DNA of 64,000 bases from an uncultured Gemmatimonadaceae bacterium (GCA_963736315.1 CAVTOB010000001.1:958287-1022286); one strand, 5' to 3'; shown: positions 9,769 to 22,714, numbered from the stretch's first letter. Numbers and translations: made by a program. Notes: generated by a model not told the origin, from the letters alone.

Positions 9769-10941
9769 ATGCCGGATCGTCGGCTGTTCACGTCCGAGTC
9801 GGTCACCGAAGGACATCCCGACAAGATCGCCGACGCGATCTCGGACGCGATTCTCGACGCGATCCTGACCGACGATCCCGACGCGCGGGTCGCGTGTGAA
9901 ACGCTCGTCACGACCGGACTCGCCTGCGTCGCCGGCGAGATCACGACCTCGACCTACGTGTCCGTGCCCGACATCGTGCGCGCGACGATCGCGCGCATCG
10001 GCTACACCGACGCGTCCTACGGCTTCGACTCGCACACCTGCGCCGTGCTCAGCACGATCGACCGCCAATCGCCGGACATCGCGCGCGGCGTGGACACGGG
10101 CGGCGCCGGCGACCAGGGGATGATGTTCGGTTACGCGAGCGACGAGACCGAAGAGCTGATGCCGATGCCGATCGTCCTCGCCCACAGACTCACCCGCGCA
10201 CTCGCCCAACACCGGAAATCCGGGCACATAGAGTGGCTCCGCCCCGACGGCAAGTCGCAGGTCACCGTCGCGTACGAGGATCATCTGCCGGTCGCCGTGG
10301 AGACCGTCGTCGTTTCCACGCAACACGCGCCGGACGTTTCCCTGAAAGAGATCCGCGAGACCATCATAGAAGAGGTGATCGAGCCCGCGATCCCAGTCGA
10401 GCTGCGCGACCGCAAAATCACCTATCACATCAATCCGACCGGCCGCTTCGTCATCGGCGGACCACTTGGAGATGCCGGGCTCACCGGTCGCAAGATCATC
10501 GTCGACTCGTACGGCGGGATGGGTCGCCACGGCGGCGGAGCGTTCAGCGGCAAAGATCCGTCGAAGGTCGATCGATCGGCCTGCTATGCCGCGCGATGGG
10601 TCGCCAAGAACATCGTCGCGGCGAAATTGGCGCGACGCTGCGAGGTTCAGCTCGCCTACGCCATCGGCGTCGCCAAGCCCGTCTCGGTGGCCGTCGACAC
10701 GTTCGGAACCGCGACCGTGCCGGAAAGCGTGATCACGCGCGCGGTGCACGATGTGTTCGACCTCACACCGCACGGCATCATTGCCGCCCTCGTCCTTCGC
10801 AAGCCGATCTACAGCGCCACGTCGGCGTACGGTCATTTCGGCCGGACGCCCCAGCGCGTGGGGCGGGGCCGGGCGGCCCGCACGCTCTTTACGTGGGAGC
10901 GTACCGACCGCGCCGCCGCGCTGGCGCGCGCCGTCCGCTGA
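9769..10941 (+). CDS. metK: S-adenosylmethionine synthetase
   Basis: [37 protein letters not shown] and [17 protein letters not shown] are canonical MetK motifs. Confidence 0.97.
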   Translation: MPDRRLFTSESVTEGHPDKIADAISDAILDAILTDDPDARVACETLVTTGLACVAGEITTSTYVSVPDIVRATIARIGYTDASYGFDSHTCAVLSTIDRQSPDIARGVDTGGAGDQGMMFGYASDETEELMPMPIVLAHRLTRALAQHRKSGHIEWLRPDGKSQVTVAYEDHLPVAVETVVVSTQHAPDVSLKEIRETIIEEVIEPAIPVELRDRKITYHINPTGRFVIGGPLGDAGLTGRKIIVDSYGGMGRHGGGAFSGKDPSKVDRSACYAARWVAKNIVAAKLARRCEVQLAYAIGVAKPVSVAVDTFGTATVPESVITRAVHDVFDLTPHGIIAALVLRKPIYSATSAYGHFGRTPQRVGRGRAARTLFTWERTDRAAALARAVR

Positions 10942-10961
10942 CCACTTAGTATCTTGCGAGC

Positions 10962-11486
10962 ATGATGATCGAAGTCGTGGTCTCGAAGCTCGGGGTCGAC
11001 CCGAGCAACCAGTCCTATGTGGTCGTCCTCCAGGAGAAGGGCGGGGGACGCATGCTGCCCATCTGGATCGGGCAGGTCGAGGCCGAGTCGATCGTCATGC
11101 AGATGCACAACATGAAGCGGAGCCGGCCGCTCACCCACGACCTCTGCAAGTCCATCATCCTCGCTACCGGCTCCGAGTTGCGCCGCGTGCAGATCACCAG
11201 GGTCGAGAGCAACACGTACTTCGGCGAGCTTCATCTGGACCGCGACGGCAAGTCGCTGCGCGTCGATTCGCGGCCGTCCGACGCCATCGCCATCGCGCTG
11301 CGCCTCGACGCGCCGATCTATGCGTCGGACGCGCTGCTCGTGTCGGCTGAAGAAGAAGAGGAGCCCAGCGAGTTCAGCGTTCCGCCGGACACCGGCGCGC
11401 GCGATTCGACCGAGTTGAGCGCCGAACAACTCAAGGAGTATCTCGAGCAGCTCCGCCCCGAGGATTTCGGCAAGTTCAATCCGTGA
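10962..11486 (+). CDS. Bifunctional nuclease family protein (BFN/DUF151-like)
   Basis: VVVLQEKGGGRMLPIWIGQVEAESI ... RPLTHDL ... VDSRPSDAIAIALR matches the BFN-domain pattern. The C-terminal tail is acidic. Confidence 0.8.
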   Translation: MMIEVVVSKLGVDPSNQSYVVVLQEKGGGRMLPIWIGQVEAESIVMQMHNMKRSRPLTHDLCKSIILATGSELRRVQITRVESNTYFGELHLDRDGKSLRVDSRPSDAIAIALRLDAPIYASDALLVSAEEEEEPSEFSVPPDTGARDSTELSAEQLKEYLEQLRPEDFGKFNP

Positions 11487-12640
11487 TCGGCCGAACGTCG
11501 ATGCAAGGCGGAGGGACCGGCGGCCCCGCCCCCGGTGAGCCGGTGCGCCGTGTCGATGGCGTCGTCGTCCGCGGGACGCGCGCGAGTCAGATTCCCATCC
11601 CGGGACAGTGGGTCGTGCTCCACCGCGTCGGTCCCGATCACGCGGGGCCGCTCGACTCGGTTCGCACGACGGCGAGCGGCGCCTACGCGATCCGCTATCG
11701 CGCCACGGGCGACACCTCGGCTCTCTACTTCGCGTCCACGTCGTACGGTGGCGTGGCGTACTTCACGCCGCCGCTGCGATCGCTGAACGCGTCGGGCGAC
11801 GACGCGCGTCTCACCGTGTTCGACACGACGTCGGGCCCCGTGCCGATCGCGATCGGCGGCCGGCACATCATCGTCGCCGCGGCGACACCTGGCGGGACGC
11901 GCCCCGTCGGTGAGGTATACGATCTCGAGAACGACAGCACGGTGACGCTCGTGGCGCGCGATTCCACGACGCCGTTGTGGAGCACGCACATTCCCGCCGA
12001 CGCGCGCGGCGCGCGTACGAACGCCGGCGGGACGATCGCCGCCGGCGCCATGACCTTTCGCGATGGCGTCGCGGGGCTCTACGCGCCGCTGAGTCCCGGC
12101 TTTCGCCAGGTCGCGTTCTCGTACGACCTTCCGACGAAGTCCTTTCCGCTCTCCATTCCGCTCGAGCGTTCGACCGGGTTGCTCGAGATAATGGTCGAAG
12201 ATGCGCGCGCTCGCGTGGCGGCGCCGCGGCTGCGCGAGGTCGCCCCGGTGAACGCCGACGGACGCACGTTCCGCCGCTTCATCGCCCAGGATCTCGACGC
12301 GAGCACCGTCGTGCGAATCGACGTGCCGGGCGCCGGCGGGCCCAAGCCGGAGCGCGTGGACTTTGGCGTCGGTGCAGCCATCGCCGCGGCGATGCTTTTC
12401 GCGCTGCTCTTCGCGATGCGTCGTTCACGCCGGCCGCTTCACTCATCGGCCGCCGCCGCGCCGGCCGCCGCCGACGTGCCGCGGTCGAGCGCGGTCGCAC
12501 GCCAGATCGCCGAACTGGACGAGAGATTCGAGCGATTCGCGCCGCCGAACGATACCGAGCGCGCGGCCTACCAGTCGCGTCGCTCGGAGCTCAAGCAGCA
12601 ACTCGCCGACGCGCTGGCTGACGAACGACTCACGAGCTAG
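11483..12640 (+). CDS. Hypothetical membrane-anchored protein (single TM near the C-terminus, C-terminal coiled-coil)
   Basis: 385-aa ORF with coding-like composition. TM segment GVGAAIAAAMLFALLFAM is followed by a charged helical tail. The start overlaps the upstream stop (GTGA). No family was recognised. Confidence 0.55.
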   Translation: MIGRTSMQGGGTGGPAPGEPVRRVDGVVVRGTRASQIPIPGQWVVLHRVGPDHAGPLDSVRTTASGAYAIRYRATGDTSALYFASTSYGGVAYFTPPLRSLNASGDDARLTVFDTTSGPVPIAIGGRHIIVAAATPGGTRPVGEVYDLENDSTVTLVARDSTTPLWSTHIPADARGARTNAGGTIAAGAMTFRDGVAGLYAPLSPGFRQVAFSYDLPTKSFPLSIPLERSTGLLEIMVEDARARVAAPRLREVAPVNADGRTFRRFIAQDLDASTVVRIDVPGAGGPKPERVDFGVGAAIAAAMLFALLFAMRRSRRPLHSSAAAAPAAADVPRSSAVARQIAELDERFERFAPPNDTERAAYQSRRSELKQQLADALADERLTS

Positions 12641-12644
12641 ATCC

Positions 12645-13553
12645 ATGATGCACCACCGGCATAGCCGGCTGTACGCGCTCACCGGCGCGCTTTCCATGGC
12701 CATCTTCGCCTGCGCCGGATCCAAACCGGCGGCGCGAACCGCTGGCACCGAGCGCGACGACTTCGGCGACAGCGTCGTCGTCGACGCATCGCATCGTCCG
12801 TCGCGCATCGTGTCGCTCAACCCGACCACCACCGAGATCCTCTTCGCCATCGGCGCGGGAAATCGCGTGGTCGGTCGCTCGACGTACGATGTATTTCCCG
12901 GCGACGCAAAGAGCGTCACCGACGTCGGCATGCCGCTCCGCCCGAACGTCGAGGCGGTACTCGCCGTCCACCCCGATCTCGTGATCCTGTACGCGAGCGC
13001 CGACAATCGTCCGGCCACGCAGCGATTCCAGCAGGCGGGCGTTCGCACGCTCGCCCTCAAGATCGACAGCATCGCGCAATTCGAGCGCGACACGCGCCTC
13101 CTCGGCAGGCTGACCGGCGATTCCGCGCTCGCCTACTCGCTCGTCGATTCCGTCGCCGCGACGCTCGACCGCGTTCAGGCCGCGACGAAGAGCCTTCCTC
13201 GGCCGACAGTTTTCATCCCGACGTGGGACCGTCCGCTCATCGCGATCGGCGGGGGAAGCTTCCTCAGCCAGTTGCTCGACATCGCCGGCGCGCGGAACAT
13301 ATATGAAGACATGGCGACCCCATCCGCCGTCGTGACCATCGAAGACGTGGCGAAGAGAAACCCCGATTACGTGATGACGAGTCCCACTGCCGCGCCGAAC
13401 ATTCGCACCGACCCGAAGTGGCGCGCGCTGTCGGCCGTCCGGCAGAAGCACGTGCTCGTCTACGATACGATCCTTGTCGGACGACCCTCCGTCACGCTTG
13501 GCGCCGCCGCGCGTTCGATCGCCGACCTGCTGCATCCCGGCGCGGTTCGCTAA
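12645..13553 (+). CDS. ABC transporter substrate-binding lipoprotein (cobalamin/heme/siderophore PBP class, BtuF/HmuT-like)
   Basis: ATG 12645 within the longer ORF. There is a lipobox-like MAIFACAG. RIVSLNPTTTEILFAIGAGNRVVG ... RPNVEAVLAVHPDLVI is typical of this periplasmic-binding family. Confidence 0.85.
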   Translation: MMHHRHSRLYALTGALSMAIFACAGSKPAARTAGTERDDFGDSVVVDASHRPSRIVSLNPTTTEILFAIGAGNRVVGRSTYDVFPGDAKSVTDVGMPLRPNVEAVLAVHPDLVILYASADNRPATQRFQQAGVRTLALKIDSIAQFERDTRLLGRLTGDSALAYSLVDSVAATLDRVQAATKSLPRPTVFIPTWDRPLIAIGGGSFLSQLLDIAGARNIYEDMATPSAVVTIEDVAKRNPDYVMTSPTAAPNIRTDPKWRALSAVRQKHVLVYDTILVGRPSVTLGAAARSIADLLHPGAVR

Positions 13554-13556
13554 GAG

Positions 13557-14522
13557 ATGCGCGCATCCCGCTGGACGGTCCTCGTCGCAGCGCTGATCGT
13601 CGCCGGAATTCTAGGTCTCGCCGTCGGGACGATTCGCCTGTCGCCATCCCAGGTATGGGACGGTCTGCGAGGGATCGGCGACAGTGCATTCATCGTTCGC
13701 GGGCTGCGACTTCCGCGCGTCGTGCTCGCGGCGCTCGTCGGCGCGGGACTCGGCATGTCCGGCGCCGCGCTCCAGGGCGTGATGCGCAATCCGCTCGCCG
13801 AACCGTATCTGCTCGGGGTGTCGGGAGGCGCCGCGGTCGGCGCCGTGCTCGCGGTGAGCATCGGCCTCGCGTCGGCCATCGTGCCGCTGGCGGCTTTTGC
13901 CGGCGCCATCGCCGCGGTCGTCGCCGCGTTCATGGTCGCGCGAGCCGCTGGCGCGCGCGGCGATCCGCGCATTCTGCTGATGGCCGGCGTTGTCGTCGGC
14001 GCGTTCGCGAACGCCGCGATCATGGTCGTGCTGGCGAACGCACAGCCGAACATCGTGCGCAACGCACTGTGGTGGATGATGGGCTCCGCCGCCGAGGCCA
14101 CGTGGACGCAGATCGTCGTGCTCTTCATCTACGTCGGCGTAGGCGGCGGCGCCCTCGTGCTCCTTGGTCGCGAGATCGACGTGCTCAGCCTCGGTGAGGA
14201 AGCAGCCGCCGGACTCGGGGTGGACGTCGACGCGTCGGTCCGTCGGGTGCTGTTTCTGGCGTCGCTCGTCACGGCGGCTACGGTGGCCGCCGCGGGACTC
14301 GTTGGTTTCGTCGGTCTCGTGGTGCCGCACATCGCGCGCGCCGCGGGCCTCAGGCGTCACCGCTCGCTGCTCATCGGCAGCGCGCTGAACGGCGCGACGC
14401 TCGTCGTCGTCGCGGATCTCCTGGGACGGATCCTCCGCCCGCCCGCCGAGCTTCCCCTCGGCGCGGTGACGGCGCTGGTCGGCGTTCCATTTTTTCTGCT
14501 CAAGCTTCGGCGACTCACGTGA
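13557..14522 (+). CDS. FecCD/BtuC-family ABC transporter permease
   Basis: 321 aa and highly hydrophobic. LLGVSGGAAVGAV ... LSLGEEAAAGLGVDV ... GLVGFVGLVVPHIAR are FecCD family hallmarks. Confidence 0.9.
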   Translation: MRASRWTVLVAALIVAGILGLAVGTIRLSPSQVWDGLRGIGDSAFIVRGLRLPRVVLAALVGAGLGMSGAALQGVMRNPLAEPYLLGVSGGAAVGAVLAVSIGLASAIVPLAAFAGAIAAVVAAFMVARAAGARGDPRILLMAGVVVGAFANAAIMVVLANAQPNIVRNALWWMMGSAAEATWTQIVVLFIYVGVGGGALVLLGREIDVLSLGEEAAAGLGVDVDASVRRVLFLASLVTAATVAAAGLVGFVGLVVPHIARAAGLRRHRSLLIGSALNGATLVVVADLLGRILRPPAELPLGAVTALVGVPFFLLKLRRLT

Positions 14523-15316
14523 TTCGCTTCGACGACGTCGCCGTCCGCTACCCGCGCTCGGAGACCGATGCCCTCGCCGGTGTCACGCTCGAGGCGCCGA
14601 GCGGCGCGATCACGGCGGTCGTCGGTCCCAACGGCAGCGGCAAGAGCACGCTCGTGCGCGCGGTCGTCGGCCGCGTCGCGCTCACGCGCGGTGCCATCAA
14701 CGTGGACGGCGATTCGCTTGCGTCGCTCTCCCGGCCAGACATCGCGCGCCGCGTCGCGGTCGTGAGCCAGCGCGAAGACCTCGCGTTTCCCGTCACGGTC
14801 TCCGACTACGTGACGCTCGGCCGCTTCCCGCACCTCGGCATCTGGCACGCCGCGCGTGCGGAGGACCACCGCGCGATCGCCGATTCCCTGCGCGAGGCGG
14901 GCGTCGAGTCGCTCACCGCCCGGCGCATCGACGCGCTCTCGGGCGGCGAGTGGCAGCGAGTGCGCCTCGCGCGCGCGCTCGCTCAAGGCGGCACCGCGCT
15001 CGTCCTCGACGAGCCGACCGCGTTCCTCGACGTCGCGCACGAGATGGCCGTCTTCGAGTTGCTCCATCGGCTCGCGGCGGCGGGGCAGGCGGTGCTGCTC
15101 GTGAGCCACCAACTGAACCTCGTCGCGCGGTTCGCCGACCGCATGGTCCTCCTGCAGCGCGGGTCGGTCGTGGCCGAGGGCTCGCCCGTCGAGGTGATGC
15201 GTCCGGACGTGCTGGAGCGCGTGTACGAGTGGCCGCTCGCCGTCACGCACGACCCGCTCGTGGGCGCGCCGGCGCTCGTCCCGCTGCGCGCGAGTTCGCC
15301 TCGCGACCGGGGCTAG
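14519..15316 (+). CDS. ABC transporter ATP-binding protein (FepC/BtuD-like)
   Basis: Walker A GPNGSGKST, signature LSGGEWQRV and Walker B ALVLDEPT. It overlaps the permease stop. Confidence 0.9.
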   Translation: MIRFDDVAVRYPRSETDALAGVTLEAPSGAITAVVGPNGSGKSTLVRAVVGRVALTRGAINVDGDSLASLSRPDIARRVAVVSQREDLAFPVTVSDYVTLGRFPHLGIWHAARAEDHRAIADSLREAGVESLTARRIDALSGGEWQRVRLARALAQGGTALVLDEPTAFLDVAHEMAVFELLHRLAAAGQAVLLVSHQLNLVARFADRMVLLQRGSVVAEGSPVEVMRPDVLERVYEWPLAVTHDPLVGAPALVPLRASSPRDRG

Positions 15317-15324
15317 CTTTCAGC

Positions 15325-16080
15325 ATGACCCTGCTGGTGACGGACGCGATCGTCCTTCACTCGTTCGACTACCTCGAGTCGTCGCGCATCCTTCGACTGT
15401 TGACGCGCGACGCCGGCGTGCGTTCGGTGCTCGCGCGCGGCGCGCGGCGGTCGCAACGCCGCTTCGGCGGGGGGGCGGCGCTCGATCTCTACGCGCAGGG
15501 CTCGGCCGAACTGCACACCAAGCCGGGGCGCGACCTCGACACGCTCGGCGGATTCGACTTGAACCGCGCGCGCCCGCAGCTTGCCGGCCACCTCGACCGG
15601 TTCAACGGCGCCGCGGCCATCGCCGAGATGGCGTTGCGGTGCGCGCACGAAGGCGCCGCCGACGCCGACCTGTTCGACGCGGTCGCCCTGGCCCTCGACG
15701 AGATCGCCGCCGCGCCCGGAACCGCCGCGCGCGACGCGACGCTCGCCGCCGCATGGCGGGTCCTTGCGGCGCTGGGAGTCGCCCCGACAGTCGATGAGTG
15801 TGCGGAATGCCATGCGGCGGTTGGGCTCGACGAACCGGCGCTGTTCAGCCACCCGGCTGGCGGCGTCGTGTGCGCGCGCTGCCGCACGCTCGCCCGCACG
15901 GGGCGTACGCTGCCCGCGTCGGCGCGCGGCGCGCTCCGCGTTTGGCTCTCAGGCGGCTCGTACGACATCGCGGACCCGCTCGAGGCGCGCGCGCACCAGC
16001 GCTTGCTTCGCGAATTCCTGCGCGAGCATCTCGCCGACGACAAGCCGCTGCGCGCGCTCGACGCGTGGGAGTTGGTGTAG
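15325..16080 (+). CDS. recO: DNA repair protein RecO
   Basis: ATG 15325 within the longer ORF. N-terminal OB-fold-like [24 protein letters not shown] and a C-terminal Cys4 zinc motif CAECHA ... CARC. Confidence 0.88.
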   Translation: MTLLVTDAIVLHSFDYLESSRILRLLTRDAGVRSVLARGARRSQRRFGGGAALDLYAQGSAELHTKPGRDLDTLGGFDLNRARPQLAGHLDRFNGAAAIAEMALRCAHEGAADADLFDAVALALDEIAAAPGTAARDATLAAAWRVLAALGVAPTVDECAECHAAVGLDEPALFSHPAGGVVCARCRTLARTGRTLPASARGALRVWLSGGSYDIADPLEARAHQRLLREFLREHLADDKPLRALDAWELV

Positions 16081-17913
16081 GTGATCATCGGTACCGCGGG
16101 GCACATCGACCACGGCAAGACCGCTCTCGTACGCGCGCTCACCGGCGTTGACACGGATCGTTTGCCCGAGGAAAAGAAGCGCGGAATCACGATCGAGCTG
16201 GGCTTCGCGCCGCTCACACTCGCCGGCGTCGGTGTCGCCGGCGTCGTCGACGTTCCAGGGCACGAAGCGTTCGTGCGCACGATGGTCGCCGGCGCGACGG
16301 GAATCGACCTCGCGCTGCTCGTCGTCGCCGCGGACGAGGGCGTGATGCCGCAGACGCGCGAGCATCTCGCGATCCTCGAGCTGCTCGGCGTCAACACCGG
16401 CGTGATCGCGCTGACGAAGGCCGACCTCGTGGACGACGACTGGCTCGCTCTCGTCGAAGAGGACGTGCGAGATGCCGCCGCAGGCGCTCTGCCCTCGGCG
16501 CGCATCATCCCGACGTCCGTGCGCACGGGTCGCGGCCTCGACGAGGTAAGAGCCGCGCTCTCGTCGCTCGCGTCGTCGATTCGGGCGCACGACCGGGATG
16601 ACCTATTCAGAATGCCTATAGATCGCGCCTTTACGATCAAGGGAACCGGTACGGTGGTGACCGGAACCGTATGGTCGGGAACGGTGCATCGCGACGACGT
16701 CGTTCGAATCCTGCCGTCGGCGATCTCCACGCGCGTGCGCGGGGTTCAAGGGCACGGGAGCCAGCGGGCGTCCGCGGAGCCCGGAGGCCGCACCGCGATC
16801 GCGCTCACCGGTGTCGAGACGTCTCAGGTGCCGCGGGGCTCGACGCTCGTCACGGATCTCGAGTGGCGCCCGACGATGTTCGCCCGGGCCGACGTCACTC
16901 TGCTGCCAAGCGAGGCGCCTGCGCCGCGGTCGCGGAGTTGGGTACGCTTCCACGTTGGCACCACTGAGGTAGGGGCGCGCGTCGTCTCCCGCGAGGCCAA
17001 ATCCGGCGCGACGTTCTCGGCGCGGCTCGCCTTCGACGCGCCGGTCGTGCTGCGAAGCGGCGATCGATTCGTGCTCCGTGAGAGTGCGCCGCTCAACACG
17101 ATCGGCGGTGGCGTCATCACTGACCCGAACGCGCCGCGGCGGGGGCGGCCGTGGCCCGCGGGCATCGATCGTCCTGAACGTTTCAGACGCTTGCTCGAGG
17201 AATCCGCCGGGCACGGCGTGCGGCTGGCCTCGCTTCCGGTTCGGCTGGGCTGCTCGCCGACCGATATGAAAACGCTAATAGCCGAGCTCCGTGACGACGC
17301 GATCCTCGTCGGCGATCTGGTGATGTCGTGTGACGCTCGGCGCTCGCACGAGGGCGCGATCCTCGCCATCGTCGACGCGTTTCACGCCGACCGGCCGCTC
17401 GAGCCGGGGATATCGCTGCAGCTGCTTAGAAGCCGGCTCAAGGTTCCTCCCACGCTCGCCGCCGCCGCGATCGACGCGCTGGTGGCCGCCGGTCGCCTGC
17501 GGTCGGATGGTGGGATCGCCGCTCGCCCCGGATGGTCTGTCACGCTTGGCGCGACCGATGCGACAATCGCCGAGCGCATCCTCGAGCATCTCGATCGGGC
17601 GGGCGCTGAGCCGCCGAGCACGACCGAATTGGAGTCGGAGATCGGGCAGCCGCTCGCTCCGGTGCTCCATTTCCTCGAGCGACGCGGCGACATCGTGCAA
17701 GTCGAGCAATTACGGTACTATAGGAGGAATCACCTCTCGTCAGTTCTGGATCGGATTCGGGTGGTCATGGAGCACGAAAATGATGTGACGCCGGCCACAC
17801 TTCGCGACCGGGTTGGTCTCTCGCGCAAGTTTCTGATTCCGATTCTCGAGTACTGCGACCGCGCCGGCCTCACGGTTCGGGGGCCTAGTGGCCGTGTGTG
17901 GCGAGACGTGTAA
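16081..17913 (+). CDS. selB: Selenocysteine-specific translation elongation factor SelB
   Basis: GTG directly after the recO TAG. GTPase motifs are [24 protein letters not shown] and TKAD. Length is 610 aa, with a C-terminal winged-helix-like region ending [17 protein letters not shown], characteristic of SelB. Confidence 0.9.
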   Translation: MIIGTAGHIDHGKTALVRALTGVDTDRLPEEKKRGITIELGFAPLTLAGVGVAGVVDVPGHEAFVRTMVAGATGIDLALLVVAADEGVMPQTREHLAILELLGVNTGVIALTKADLVDDDWLALVEEDVRDAAAGALPSARIIPTSVRTGRGLDEVRAALSSLASSIRAHDRDDLFRMPIDRAFTIKGTGTVVTGTVWSGTVHRDDVVRILPSAISTRVRGVQGHGSQRASAEPGGRTAIALTGVETSQVPRGSTLVTDLEWRPTMFARADVTLLPSEAPAPRSRSWVRFHVGTTEVGARVVSREAKSGATFSARLAFDAPVVLRSGDRFVLRESAPLNTIGGGVITDPNAPRRGRPWPAGIDRPERFRRLLEESAGHGVRLASLPVRLGCSPTDMKTLIAELRDDAILVGDLVMSCDARRSHEGAILAIVDAFHADRPLEPGISLQLLRSRLKVPPTLAAAAIDALVAAGRLRSDGGIAARPGWSVTLGATDATIAERILEHLDRAGAEPPSTTELESEIGQPLAPVLHFLERRGDIVQVEQLRYYRRNHLSSVLDRIRVVMEHENDVTPATLRDRVGLSRKFLIPILEYCDRAGLTVRGPSGRVWRDV

Positions 17914-17953
17914 AGCTCTGTGCCACATAGACGTCGGACGTGTTTTAAGTTGC

Positions 17954-17982
17954 TTGACAGGTAGCTGTTCGGGCCATAAATA
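17954..17982 (+). promoter_or_regulatory. Candidate sigma70-type promoter (TTGACA-17 nt-TAAATA)
   Basis: Perfect -35 TTGACA at 17954-17959, a 17-nt spacer and an A/T-rich hexamer at 17977-17982. It lies in an AT-rich intergenic region about 85 nt upstream of the 18065 ORF. Confidence 0.3.
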
Positions 17983-18064
17983 TCCAAGCACCACCAGCAG
18001 TCCTCGTTGTTCAACCCCTTCAGGAGCTCGTGTAACGGTCCTGTTTCGTTAGCGCGGAGAAATC

Positions 18065-18535
18065 ATGTTCCACCGCTGGCCAGCACTGGTGCTGGCGCTT
18101 GTTGTTTCGGCGATGATGCCAAAACAAGCGGGGGGGCAGCAAGGTCAGTCGCCCCAAAAGCCCAGTGCGGGGAAATTCGGCAGGAGTTATCCGAATCCCT
18201 TCAACCCCCACGTGTACACGAATTTCACTGTTGGTAGTGGAACGTGTGCCGCGGGTGAGACACACGCGGTCACCGTGCGGATCCTGAACATCCTGGCGCA
18301 GCCAGTGGTGATTCCGGTTATGTACGGACCGTCCGCGAATTCGACGTCGAGTGCCTCCAGCTCGATGAACGGGTCACCGATCTCCAACCTTCGGCTGGAG
18401 TGCGGGGACTACACATCGTTCTGGGACGGTAAGGTTCAGGATCACAGCCGCGAGGCTGCATCCGGCACCTACATCGTTCAGCTCGTCGTCGACGGTAAGC
18501 TGGTAAGCTCGACCCGGATCTATTACCGCAAGTAG
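18065..18535 (+). CDS. Small secreted protein made almost entirely of a FlgD-Ig-like / T9SS type-A-sorting-like C-terminal domain
   Basis: Signal peptide MFHRWPALVLALVVSAMM. YPNPFNPHVYTNFTV ... VTVRILNILAQPV ... GDYTSFWDGKVQD ... ASGTYIVQLVVDGKL ... RIYYRK matches the NPFNP ... WDG ... SGxY pattern of that domain. Confidence 0.65.
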   Translation: MFHRWPALVLALVVSAMMPKQAGGQQGQSPQKPSAGKFGRSYPNPFNPHVYTNFTVGSGTCAAGETHAVTVRILNILAQPVVIPVMYGPSANSTSSASSSMNGSPISNLRLECGDYTSFWDGKVQDHSREAASGTYIVQLVVDGKLVSSTRIYYRK

Positions 18536-18557
18536 TGGGATCGACTCGAAGAACACG

Positions 18558-18600
18558 AAACGCGCCGAGGAGCAGTCGCTCCCGGCGCGTTTCTGTTTTT
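18558..18600 (+). terminator. Rho-independent terminator
   Basis: A perfect 10-bp GC-rich stem (aaacgcgccg at 18558-18567, cggcgcgttt at 18583-18592) is followed by ctgttttt. It lies 23 nt after the 18535 stop. Confidence 0.7.
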
Positions 18601-18867
18601 CGGGCCCTGAACGCGAAGCCGCCCTCTCTTCCCATCAAAAAAAACCAAAACAATTCAACGCGGATGCCGCGTCATCGTTGTTCCCCTTCTGCCCCGCCAA
18701 TCGTAGCCGGCCGGCCTACGCGTGGCGACGGAATCTGGCGGAGCCGACAATTCGGCACAATTGGGCACCCGTCGGCGGGTTTCGGCCGTGGCGCGTAGGT
18801 TCAAAGCGGACCAATCGCCGCCGCTTTGGCGGACCGGCAAGGCACTCTCGTTGCCCTTCACGCGCGC

Positions 18868-21477
<2,610 letters not shown>

Positions 21478-21505
21478 GAGCAGTCGACGAGGCCACGCTC
21501 GAGTC

Positions 21506-21991
21506 TCAAGCCCGCCCGGCGGCCGCTTTCGCGAGCACTAGCTCTCGGTCTTTGACGTCTTTCGCCGCCAGGGGCGGCTTGACCTTAAAGCCGTTGAGGA
21601 TCTTGATCTGGAAAGCGACGCCGCCCTTTCGCACGGCCAGGATTGGACCGGCCCCCGAGGGATAGATGTAGTACGCCTCGTCGCCGACGCCTGATACGAC
21701 CTCAGTCTTCAGCCTGGGGCTCGATTTCATGCTGGCGAACACAGACGGTGGTTCGATTGACAACGTGACTCGGCGATGGTCGGGATCCGCCGATCCGGCA
21801 TCCGACCACGAGCATGCGCTCTTGGTGGTCTCCGTGATATAGTGCCCCTGGGTCACGGGGACTTCGATCGCTGTGCTGGCCTCGGACGGGATGAGCAGAG
21901 TACACGCATCAACGTTCGCGAATTGTGAACGAGCGGTCACCGGGCTGAGGGAGACCGCGACGAGCGTTACGAGTGGGAGCACGAGGCGCAT
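21506..21991 (-). CDS. Hypothetical secreted protein
   Basis: Internal ATG 21991 gives signal peptide MRLVLPLVTLVAVSLSPVTARS. Composition is coding-like, with two conserved Cys. It is an apparent distant paralogue of the 38528 gene. Confidence 0.6.
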   Translation of the reverse strand: MRLVLPLVTLVAVSLSPVTARSQFANVDACTLLIPSEASTAIEVPVTQGHYITETTKSACSWSDAGSADPDHRRVTLSIEPPSVFASMKSSPRLKTEVVSGVGDEAYYIYPSGAGPILAVRKGGVAFQIKILNGFKVKPPLAAKDVKDRELVLAKAAAGRA

Positions 21992-22093
21992 GCGCGACCT
22001 TTCCGATTGGGGTAATCTCAAAATGCTAGAGGACTCGGCCGATGCCGAGCAAGCGACCTCGAGCGGAACGCGGGAAGCGCACTGCAATGGCTG

Positions 22094-22675
22094 CTAACGC
22101 TCGATCCGAGCCGCGGCGAGCGCCTCTTCGAGCAGTTCCTCGACACCGAGGAGCGTGCACGCGCGGCCAAGGTATCCGAGATCGAGCGTGTCGCCGCCAA
22201 CCTTGATGACGCCGAGCGCGTCGCTCCACTGACGCTCCGACACGCGATCGCCAAGCGCGTACCAGTAGAGTTTTTGCGCGACCGTATCCTCGGGGCTCGC
22301 GACGACGATTTCTCGGCGCGGCGACTCGGTGATCACGAAGCGTTGCCGGCGCTCCAGCTCGAGACGAGACGCCTCATCGCCCTTCGGGATGAATACGTCC
22401 GCTTTGAAGTACGAGCGGAGGTGTACGACGTTGAACGACCGCCGCGTCCGTATGGCTTCACGGATGGCATCGTCGTCGAGATAGAAATCGCCGCGCAGCG
22501 CAGACGCGAACGCATCGGCATCCGCCGGCGTCAGCGCGGCGATGATGTCGACGTCCTGCGTCGCGCGCGGAATGCCGTGCAACGAGCTGGCCAACGAGCC
22601 GACCACGGCGTACGGAACGCCAAGGCGCTCGCAGGCGGCTGTGACGGACAGGGTAATCTCGATTATCTCGTCCAC
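22094..22675 (-). CDS. Nucleotidyltransferase-fold protein (minimal NTase with a helical C-terminal domain)
   Basis: VVGSLASSLHGIPRATQDVDII is the G-S ... D-x-D pol-beta-type NTase motif. Length is 193 aa. Confidence 0.7.
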   Translation of the reverse strand: MDEIIEITLSVTAACERLGVPYAVVGSLASSLHGIPRATQDVDIIAALTPADADAFASALRGDFYLDDDAIREAIRTRRSFNVVHLRSYFKADVFIPKGDEASRLELERRQRFVITESPRREIVVASPEDTVAQKLYWYALGDRVSERQWSDALGVIKVGGDTLDLGYLGRACTLLGVEELLEEALAAARIER

Positions 22676-22714
22676 GCGCGTCCTGTCACGATCGGCGCGA
22701 GAGAACGAACGAGA

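Noticed and set aside
9613-10836. 407-aa minus-strand ORF
   Set aside because: It is antisense to metK, which is certain. The sequence is Arg/Gly/Asp-rich with no motifs.
15489-16730. 413-aa minus-strand ORF
   Set aside because: It is antisense to recO and selB, and its Ser/Arg/Ala-rich composition marks it as a shadow ORF.
18634-18700. A-run plus short hairpin (acgcgg-atg-ccgcgt) that would read as a minus-strand terminator
   Set aside because: No minus-strand gene lies upstream of it, because clpB is on the plus strand. The stem is only 6 bp. It is probably just part of the AT-rich intergenic spacer or the clpB promoter region.
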